This document shows, piece by piece, positions 27,562 to 34,877 of a stretch of DNA of 64,000 nucleotides (its first letter is position 1; each line of letters opens with the position of its first letter). A program made the position numbers and the translations under genes. The DNA is taken from positions 2,974-66,973 of the forward strand of contig CAINUM010000063.1 in the NCBI GenBank assembly GCA_903853785.1. The letters run 5' to 3'. The notes under the pieces were generated by a model, which saw nothing but the letters and a program-made list of their open reading frames with translations, ran no database searches and was not told the origin of the DNA. Source of the stretch: Candidatus Magasanikiibacteriota bacterium (GTDB lineage: Bacteria; Patescibacteriota; Patescibacteriia; Magasanikbacterales; GWA2-37-8).

Positions 27562-28104
27562 ATGACTCCTAATTTATACCAAAAATACAAAGACGAGATA
27601 GTTCCAGCTTTAAAGGCTGAATTAAAATTGAAAAATACCATGCAGGTTCCAAAAATTACTAAAGTGGTAATCAATGCTGGTGTTGGTCGTTTTATAAAAG
27701 ATGCTGGTTATATCGATAATGTTGAAAAGACATTAGCGAAAATTACTGGTCAAAAGCCAATTCGCACTAAAGCAAAAAAAGCAATTTCAAACTTTAAAAT
27801 CAGACAAGGTCAGGAAATCGGAGTAGTAGTTACTTTGCACGGAAAACGTATGTATCAATTTTTAGAAAAATTGGTAAATGTAAGTTTTCCACGTATCCGT
27901 GATTTCCGCGGTATTACTGATAAGGCTTTTGATCGTCAGGGAAACTACACCTTGGGTTTGAAAGAAAATACTGCTTTTCCAGAAGTTAAGACCGGTGAAA
28001 TCGAAAAAATGCACGGTTTACAGATTATTATCAACACAACAGCTGTAGATAATGTTGGCGGAAAAGCATTGTTAACTCATCTAGGTTTTCCTTTTATAAA
28101 ATAA
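27562..28104 (+). CDS. rplE: 50S ribosomal protein L5
   Basis: MTPNLYQKYKDEIVPALKAELKLKNTMQVPKITKVVIN is the L5 pattern. Start taken at the ATG at 27562 rather than the overlapping track start. Confidence 0.9.
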   Translation: MTPNLYQKYKDEIVPALKAELKLKNTMQVPKITKVVINAGVGRFIKDAGYIDNVEKTLAKITGQKPIRTKAKKAISNFKIRQGQEIGVVVTLHGKRMYQFLEKLVNVSFPRIRDFRGITDKAFDRQGNYTLGLKENTAFPEVKTGEIEKMHGLQIIINTTAVDNVGGKALLTHLGFPFIK

Positions 28105-28107
28105 TAT

Positions 28108-28293
28108 ATGGCTACAGAAGCACAAATTTCTAAGTCAAACAAAAAACCAAAATTTTCTACTAGAATTGTACGTCGCTGCTGGAAATGTGGCCGCAAACGT
28201 GCTTTTATGCGCCACTTTGGTTTGTGCCGCATCTGCTTTCGTGAATTGGCCAACGCCGGTAAATTACCTGGCGTACGAAAGTCAAGCTGGTAA
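28108..28293 (+). CDS. rpsZ: 30S ribosomal protein S14 type Z (zinc-binding)
   Basis: 61 aa with [25 protein letters not shown]. Confidence 0.9.
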   Translation: MATEAQISKSNKKPKFSTRIVRRCWKCGRKRAFMRHFGLCRICFRELANAGKLPGVRKSSW

Positions 28294-28331
28294 TTAATTA
28301 TATTTTATAACATTAAATAACAACTGTATTT

Positions 28332-28721
28332 ATGATGACTGATCCAATCGCGGACATGCTCACTCGCATTCGAAATGCGTACCACGTACGTAAACCCGAA
28401 GCGACATTTCCATTTTCCAAACTAAAGATGAAAATCTGTGAAATTTTGGTACGAGAAGGATATTTGGAAAAAGCTGAAGCTGTCGAAGAAAAACATCCAC
28501 AGATTATGGTAACTTTAAAGTATGCTGGACGTCAGGGTGCTTTAGAAAGTATCAAAAGAATTAGTAAACCAGGTTCACGCTATTATGTACAAGCAGCTGA
28601 CATCAAAAAAGTACTTAATGGTTACGGCGTATCAGTTTTGTCCACTTCTAAAGGCATCATGACAGGCAAAGAAGCTCGTGAAGCAAAATTAGGTGGCGAA
28701 TTGATTTGCGAAGTGTATTAA
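28332..28721 (+). CDS. rpsH: 30S ribosomal protein S8
   Basis: MTDPIADMLTRIRNA is the S8 pattern. Confidence 0.9.
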   Translation: MMTDPIADMLTRIRNAYHVRKPEATFPFSKLKMKICEILVREGYLEKAEAVEEKHPQIMVTLKYAGRQGALESIKRISKPGSRYYVQAADIKKVLNGYGVSVLSTSKGIMTGKEAREAKLGGELICEVY

Positions 28722-28747
28722 TCAGACGAATTATTTAAATAAAACAT

Positions 28748-29296
28748 ATGTCTCGTATTGGTAAAAAAGTTAGAACAATACCACAAGGCGTAACTGTGGA
28801 AGTAAAAGGCGACGATTTGGTTGTTAAAGGACCAAAAGGTGAATTGCGCTTAAAATTACATTCCCGCGTTACCGTATCCACTGCTGATGGTAAAGTGACT
28901 GTTAGTGTGATCAATGAAGAAAACACCAAAGACAAAGCTTTATGGGGAACATTTTCCAGTATTATTGAAAATATGTTGGAAGGTGTAACTGTTGGTTTTA
29001 AAAAACAATTAGAAATCAATGGTGTTGGTTATAAAGCTAACCTAAAAGGTGAAAGTTTGGTGTTGGAAGTTGGTTTTTCTCATCCTGTTGAAATAAAACC
29101 GGTGGCCGGCATTAAATTTGAAGTAGAGAAAAATGTGATCACAGTTGTTGGGCACGATAAACAAATGGTTGGTGAGATGGCTGCTCAAATTCGTAGTACT
29201 AAAAAAGTAGAACCTTATAAAGGCAAAGGCATCAAATATGTTGGTGAGGTAGTACGCCGCAAGGCAGGTAAGACCGCTGCTAAAGGAGCTGCATAA
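28748..29296 (+). CDS. rplF: 50S ribosomal protein L6
   Basis: MSRIGKKVRTIPQGVTVEV start, a two-domain L6 pattern. Confidence 0.9.
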   Translation: MSRIGKKVRTIPQGVTVEVKGDDLVVKGPKGELRLKLHSRVTVSTADGKVTVSVINEENTKDKALWGTFSSIIENMLEGVTVGFKKQLEINGVGYKANLKGESLVLEVGFSHPVEIKPVAGIKFEVEKNVITVVGHDKQMVGEMAAQIRSTKKVEPYKGKGIKYVGEVVRRKAGKTAAKGAA

Positions 29297-29321
29297 TTTA
29301 GCTTAAAGAATATATAAAAAT

Positions 29322-29696
29322 ATGCGTAGATTGACCAAGAAAAATAAAAATGGATTACGTCAAATACGTCATGCTCGTGTTCGTGCTCATTTGAGTGGTA
29401 CACAAGCAAGACCTCGTTTGTCTGTTTTCCGCAGTTTGAGAAGTATTACTGCTCAATTGATTAATGATGAAACTGGTAAAACATTAGTTCAAGCTAGTGG
29501 AAAAGAAGTTGCTAAAGAAAAAGCCGAAGGCTTGTCAGGAAAGATTGCAACTGCTAGTTTAGTTGGTAAAAAAATTGCTGAAAAAGCCAAAGCAGCCGGC
29601 ATTACTAAAGTAGTGTTTGACCGTGGAGGTTACCAATATCATGGACGCGTTGCGGCTTTAGCCGAAGGTGCTCGTGCTGGTGGCTTGGAATTTTAA
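29322..29696 (+). CDS. rplR: 50S ribosomal protein L18
   Basis: [34 protein letters not shown] is the L18 pattern. Confidence 0.9.
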   Translation: MRRLTKKNKNGLRQIRHARVRAHLSGTQARPRLSVFRSLRSITAQLINDETGKTLVQASGKEVAKEKAEGLSGKIATASLVGKKIAEKAKAAGITKVVFDRGGYQYHGRVAALAEGARAGGLEF

Positions 29697-29718
29697 TTTG
29701 TAATATTGATTTAAATTT

Positions 29719-30297
29719 ATGCAAAAAAGTTTCAAGAGACCAGGAAGAGAAAAAGAAAAATCCGAGTTTGATTCCAATATTTTGGATTTAGCTCGCGTTA
29801 CCCGCGTTACTGAAGGTGGAAAACATATGAGTTTTCGTGCTTTGGTAGTTGTTGGTGATCGCAAGGGCCGCGTCGGATTTGGCGTTGAAAAAGGAAAAGA
29901 CGTTCAGATTGGTGTAGACAAAGCTACTCGTCAAGCAAAAAAGAACTTGATTAAAGTACCAATTGTAAATGAAACTATTCCTCACGCTGTTTACATGAAA
30001 TTCAAAGCAGCTAAAGTGATGTTGAAACCAGCTCCAAAAGGTTCTGGTATTATCGCCGGTGGTGCAGTACGCGTAGTATTGGATCTAGCTGGTGTACCAA
30101 ATGTTTCTTCAAAAATTATCGGAAAAACAAAAAATAAAATTACTATTATCAAAGCTACATTTGAAGCTTTAAAAGCTTTGCATGTTAGTGCTCCAAGACA
30201 CAATACTAAATTTACTCCAGTTGCAGCTTCTCAAGCAAAAGAAGTAAAGACTGAAGTAAAAGTTAGTACTGAAAAAACTAGCAAAATTAAGAAATAA
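29719..30297 (+). CDS. rpsE: 30S ribosomal protein S5
   Basis: VTRVTEGGKHMSFRALVVVGDRKGRVGFGVEKGKDVQ is the S5 pattern. It is followed directly by L15 with no rpmD. Confidence 0.9.
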   Translation: MQKSFKRPGREKEKSEFDSNILDLARVTRVTEGGKHMSFRALVVVGDRKGRVGFGVEKGKDVQIGVDKATRQAKKNLIKVPIVNETIPHAVYMKFKAAKVMLKPAPKGSGIIAGGAVRVVLDLAGVPNVSSKIIGKTKNKITIIKATFEALKALHVSAPRHNTKFTPVAASQAKEVKTEVKVSTEKTSKIKK

Positions 30298-30305
30298 ATT
30301 TTTTT

Positions 30306-30746
30306 ATGAAATTAGCCATCCATACTTTAAAGGCTTCTAAGGGTTCCCGCCACACCGCTAAAAAACTTGGCCGTGGTAACGCCTCTGGTCATGGAAATTA
30401 TTCCGGACATGGTGGTAAAGGACAAACTGCTCGTTCTGGTGGTAGTCGTGGTTTGAAATTGAAAGGTTTCAAACGCTTAATGCAATCTACTCCAAAATTA
30501 CGCGGTTTTACTAGTATTGCTACAAGACCAACTGAAGTATTTTTGAGTGATTTAGAAAAACATTTTGCCGCTGGTGAAACTGTTAATCTTGTAACTTTAA
30601 AAGAAAAAAATGTTATTGCTGCTTCTGTAAAAACTGCTAAAGTAGTTGGAACAGGGGAGTTAAAGAAAAAATTAACAGTTGAAGGTTTGAAAACAACTGC
30701 TAGTGCAAAAATTGCTATTGAAAAAGCCGGAGGAGAAGTTAAATAA
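30306..30746 (+). CDS. rplO: 50S ribosomal protein L15
   Basis: GRGNASGHGNYSGHGGKGQTARSG is the L15 pattern. Confidence 0.9.
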   Translation: MKLAIHTLKASKGSRHTAKKLGRGNASGHGNYSGHGGKGQTARSGGSRGLKLKGFKRLMQSTPKLRGFTSIATRPTEVFLSDLEKHFAAGETVNLVTLKEKNVIAASVKTAKVVGTGELKKKLTVEGLKTTASAKIAIEKAGGEVK

Positions 30747-30758
30747 CCCCTTCTTTTT

Positions 30759-32033
30759 ATGTTGGAAAAAATTGAACAAGTTTGGAATATTAAGGAAATT
30801 AGAAACAATATTTTGTTTGTAATTGCAATGTTGGTTGTTTTCCGTTTGGCTTCACATGTACCAGTTCCAGGAGTAAATGTAGCAAATTTGAAAAGTTATT
30901 TGGCTGGAAATCAGATCTTAGGTTTGTTGAACGTATTTTCAGGTGGTACTATGGCCAACTTTTCAGTTATCATGTTGGGCGTAGCTCCATATATTACTGC
31001 TTCAATTATATTTCAATTGCTTGCGATGATCGTACCTGCTTTAGAAGAAATGACTAAAGAAGGAGAGTCCGGTCAACAACGCATCAATATGTATACTCGT
31101 TATTTGACTGTACCACTAGCATTTTTGCAATCTTTTGGTATGATCAGATTGTTACAAAATTCTTCTCGTCCAATTTTATCCGACCTGACAACTTTTAGAA
31201 TGATCACTATCATGGCAACTATTACTGCTGGAACTATGTTCTTGGTGTGGTTGGGTGAATTGATCTCTGAAAAGAAGGTTGGAAATGGAATGTCTTTGTT
31301 GATTTTTGCTGGTATCGTAGCTTCATTACCAACTATTTTACGTACTGCTTTTGTAAATTACACATCAGCCGATCTTTACACTTTTGTAATGATGGCCGGT
31401 GTAGCTGTTTTAACAGTGGTGGGTGTTGTGTTTATCAACGAAGGTCAACGTAATATTCCAGTAACATATGCCAAGCAAATGCGTGGTAATCATGTTTACG
31501 GAGGATCATCTTCACACTTACCAATTCGTGTAAATATGTCTGGTGTTATTCCAATTATCTTTGCAATTTCTCTAGTATTATTTCCTCCAATGGTTGCGCA
31601 GTTTTTTGTACATGCTCGCAGTGCTTGGTTATCAACAATGGCTGTTAAAACTATCGCATTGTTTCAAAATCAAATTTTTTACGGCTTTGCTTATTTCTTT
31701 TTAGTATTTTTCTTTACATATTTCTACACTGCTGTAATTTTCCACCCTCAAAAAATTGCGGAGAATTTACAACGCCAAGGTGGATTTATTCCTGGTATTC
31801 GTCCAGGTAAGGAAACGGAAAAATATTTGGGCATGACTGTTAATCGCATCAATTTAATCGGTGCAACTTTCTTGGGTCTGATTGCCATTTTGCCTTTGTT
31901 AGTTCAAGGTGCATCTGGTTCAACTTCATTCAAGATTGGTGGTACTAGTTTGTTGATCGTAGTAGCAGTAGCTATTGAGGCGGCTAAACAAATTGAGTCT
32001 CAGGTGACGATGCATGAGTACGACAGAATTTAA
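30759..32033 (+). CDS. secY: preprotein translocase subunit SecY
   Basis: 10 TM segments with LGVAPYITASIIFQLL and GGFIPGIRPG motifs. Confidence 0.9.
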   Translation: MLEKIEQVWNIKEIRNNILFVIAMLVVFRLASHVPVPGVNVANLKSYLAGNQILGLLNVFSGGTMANFSVIMLGVAPYITASIIFQLLAMIVPALEEMTKEGESGQQRINMYTRYLTVPLAFLQSFGMIRLLQNSSRPILSDLTTFRMITIMATITAGTMFLVWLGELISEKKVGNGMSLLIFAGIVASLPTILRTAFVNYTSADLYTFVMMAGVAVLTVVGVVFINEGQRNIPVTYAKQMRGNHVYGGSSSHLPIRVNMSGVIPIIFAISLVLFPPMVAQFFVHARSAWLSTMAVKTIALFQNQIFYGFAYFFLVFFFTYFYTAVIFHPQKIAENLQRQGGFIPGIRPGKETEKYLGMTVNRINLIGATFLGLIAILPLLVQGASGSTSFKIGGTSLLIVVAVAIEAAKQIESQVTMHEYDRI

Positions 32034-32056
32034 AATCAAATACCTCTAATTTTCAT

Positions 32057-32167
32057 AAAAAAACACAGGTCACAACCACTCTTTCGCTTTTTTGACCCGC
32101 GAGGGTCAAAGGATGAGCTTCGGCTCATAACCCGCTCAAGAGTAATTGTGACCTGTGTTTTTTTATT
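32057..32167 (+). terminator. compound structured element / terminator between secY and recG
   Basis: Outer 15-bp stem ACACAGGTCACAA / TTGTGACCTGTGT closed by a T7 run. It encloses two mini-hairpins: TGACCC-GCGA-GGGTCA (GNRA loop) and GAGC-TTCG-GCTC (UUCG loop). Confidence 0.5.
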
Positions 32168-32185
32168 CTACAAAATAGTATATAC

Positions 32186-34309
32186 TTGATTGATATGGAT
32201 TTAGAGAAATCAGTGTCTACATTAAATAAAGTTGGGGTTGCGGTAGTGAAGAAATTGGATAAAATCGGTATTCATACTATCGGCGATTTGTTGTATTATT
32301 TTCCATTTCGTTATGATGATTATCAAGGGGTGGTAGGGATTAAAGAATTACAAGAAGGTAAATTGGTTTCAGTGAAAGCAAAGGTAGAATTAATCGCCAA
32401 TCGAAGAAGCTTTAAAACTCGCAAAATAATAACAGAAGCACTTGTATCTGATGGCAATAATAGCTTACGGATTATTTGGTTTAATCAGCCGTATGTTATA
32501 AAAAATATAAAGCCCGGCGATGTTTTTATATTTACCGGAGTTGTAAAAACGGATATGCTTGGACCACAATTAATCGCTCCAAGTTATGAGCGAGCAATTG
32601 ATGCAGAAAATACTTCACATCCAAAATTAGTACCAATTTATTTTTTAACCGCTGGTTTATCTCAAAAGTACTTACGTTTTCTAATAAAACAAGCTCTTCT
32701 AGAAATTAATAACTTGAAAGATTATATACCTACAGAAGTAATTGAAGAAAATGATTTTTTGCCACTGAATTTAGCTTTACAAGGCATCCATTTTCCAGAA
32801 GATAATAATGATTTAGCAAACAGTCAGAAGCGTTTAAAATTTGATGAAATATTTTTGGTTCAACTTAAATCTGAATTATCTAGAAAAAATCGTCTTCAAC
32901 AAAAAGCACCAAAAATAGTATTTAAAGAAAATGAAATTAAAGAATTGGTTAGTCAGCTGCCATTTGTTTTGACGAAATCACAAAAAATATCTGCTTGGGA
33001 AATTTTGAAAGATTTGGAAAAAACTAGTCCAATGAATAGATTATTATCAGGGGATGTTGGATCTGGTAAAACAGTTGTGGCCGCGATGAGTTTGTATTGT
33101 GCGACACTAAATGGTTTTCAAGCTATCATGATGGCGCCAACGGAAATTCTGGCAAAGCAGCATTTTCAAAGTTTGGAAAGACTGTTGTCAAAATATTTAA
33201 ATATTGCACTGCTTACTAGGTCGCAATTCTTGGGAGTAGTAAATAATCAACCAGTAGAATATAAAAAGAAAGATTTGATCAAAGGTGTTAGTGAGGGTCA
33301 ATTTAGTATAGTAATAGGAACGCATACTTTGTTGTCTGAAAAAATAATATTAAATAAACTGGCTTTAGTTGTTATTGATGAACAACATCGTTTTGGTGTA
33401 AAACAAAGAAAAATGATCAAGGAAAAGATTACTGGTTTAAATGGTTTGATGGCACATTTTTTGAGCATGACTGCCACTCCAATACCACGTTCATTAGCTT
33501 TGACATTGTATGGTGATTTGGATTTATCAACCATAGATGAAATGCCACTTGGGCGTAAAACCATAACAACAAGGTTGGTGGAGTCTCACAATCGTCAAAA
33601 AGCGTATGATTTTATTGCTGAGCAGGTTAAGAAAGGACGACAAGCGTTTGTAGTATGTCCGCTAATTTTGCCCGCAGATAGTTTGCAAAATGATAATAAA
33701 GAGGCTGTATTCTTCGATTTAGCCAACGAAAAGAAAAGTGTAGTGAAAGAGTTTGAATATTTATCAAAAAAAATTTATCCGAATTTTAAAGTTGGATATT
33801 TGCATGGCAAAATGCCTGGCAAAGAAAAAGATGAAATAATGCAAAAATTTAAAAAAGGTGAAATTGATATTTTAATTTCTACTTCTGTAGTAGAGGTTGG
33901 GGTAGACATTCCGAACGCTAGCGTGATGATGGTAGAAGGTGCAGAAAGGTTTGGCTTGGCTCAACTTCATCAATTTCGAGGTCGAGTAGGTCGATCTGAC
34001 CACCAGTCATATTGTCTACTTTTTACTACTAACGAAGCGAGGGGTAATACTTTAGACCGTTTGATTTTTTTTGAAAAAAATAATAGCGGTTTTAAATTAG
34101 CGGAAAAAGATTTAGATACTCGCGGTCCAGGTGAAGTTTATGGTGATTTACAAAGTGGTCAAGAAGTATGGAAATTAGCCGGACCAATGGATAGTGAAAT
34201 AATTAAAATTGCTAGATTTGCCGCAGCAAGAATCGCACCTCTTTTAAATAAATATCCAAATTTAAAGGAAAAAATTAATGATTTTATTTTAGGAAATCAT
34301 TGGGAATAA
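32186..34309 (+). CDS. recG: ATP-dependent DNA helicase RecG
   Basis: Wedge/OB N-terminus, GDVGSGKT Walker A, VIDEQHRFG and helicase C motifs at 707 aa. Confidence 0.9.
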   Translation: MIDMDLEKSVSTLNKVGVAVVKKLDKIGIHTIGDLLYYFPFRYDDYQGVVGIKELQEGKLVSVKAKVELIANRRSFKTRKIITEALVSDGNNSLRIIWFNQPYVIKNIKPGDVFIFTGVVKTDMLGPQLIAPSYERAIDAENTSHPKLVPIYFLTAGLSQKYLRFLIKQALLEINNLKDYIPTEVIEENDFLPLNLALQGIHFPEDNNDLANSQKRLKFDEIFLVQLKSELSRKNRLQQKAPKIVFKENEIKELVSQLPFVLTKSQKISAWEILKDLEKTSPMNRLLSGDVGSGKTVVAAMSLYCATLNGFQAIMMAPTEILAKQHFQSLERLLSKYLNIALLTRSQFLGVVNNQPVEYKKKDLIKGVSEGQFSIVIGTHTLLSEKIILNKLALVVIDEQHRFGVKQRKMIKEKITGLNGLMAHFLSMTATPIPRSLALTLYGDLDLSTIDEMPLGRKTITTRLVESHNRQKAYDFIAEQVKKGRQAFVVCPLILPADSLQNDNKEAVFFDLANEKKSVVKEFEYLSKKIYPNFKVGYLHGKMPGKEKDEIMQKFKKGEIDILISTSVVEVGVDIPNASVMMVEGAERFGLAQLHQFRGRVGRSDHQSYCLLFTTNEARGNTLDRLIFFEKNNSGFKLAEKDLDTRGPGEVYGDLQSGQEVWKLAGPMDSEIIKIARFAAARIAPLLNKYPNLKEKINDFILGNHWE

Positions 34310-34344
34310 ATAAATTCGTATCTTTTTCATCAATTAGCAAAGTG

Positions 34345-34373
34345 TAGACTTGTGCTGTTTTTTTTGTTATAAT
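34345..34373 (+). promoter_or_regulatory. candidate promoter of GC-rich element C
   Basis: TAGACT-17nt-TATAAT. GC-rich sequence begins about 25 nt downstream. Confidence 0.4.
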
Positions 34374-34399
34374 CTGCGCTAAGATCAATAATCACTGGT

Positions 34400-34800
34400 T
34401 TTGCGTAGGGACGCGAGATTCGGTGGTCAACAAGAGGGGACCTGTCTAATGTCCGGCCAAGATAAAATTCTGCATTTCGGCATTCCCATCAAAGTGATGG
34501 GGCACAAGATTCGCACGATTCGTAGCCCGTTTCGCGGTATCGTGCAAGTCGCGGTCATTCGTCCGTCTGCCCGTGGTGGTGAGATAGTTCTTCGCTGGAA
34601 GGACATCAACCAACTCGGCATCAATCGGGCTGACCTCGACAGTGCGTTCCGAAAGCAGATGAAGGGGGCTGTTTCCCTGTTCTAGCCCTATGGGGCGTTC
34701 CTACAATTTAGTAGTTCAATGCAGTCGCGCGAGCGACTTTACTGACCTGATTGCAGGCAGCTGGCTGTGGATTTCTTAATTCGCAGCCTTTGCATTTAAA
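34400..34800 (+). other. GC-rich island C: structured RNA candidate and/or small ORF (78 aa, 34449..34685) with foreign-looking codon usage
   Basis: About 400 nt visibly GC-rich. The ATG at 34449 is preceded by GAGGGGA 8 nt upstream. The ORF uses CTG, CGC, GGC and ATC codons that are atypical for this genome. 3' hairpin is GTCGC-GCGA-GCGAC. Confidence 0.35.
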
Positions 34801-34877
34801 ACACTCTCCAACATATATTACATTGTCAAGAATGACTCTATTGTGATAAAATATAGCCATTAAATAAGAAAATTATT

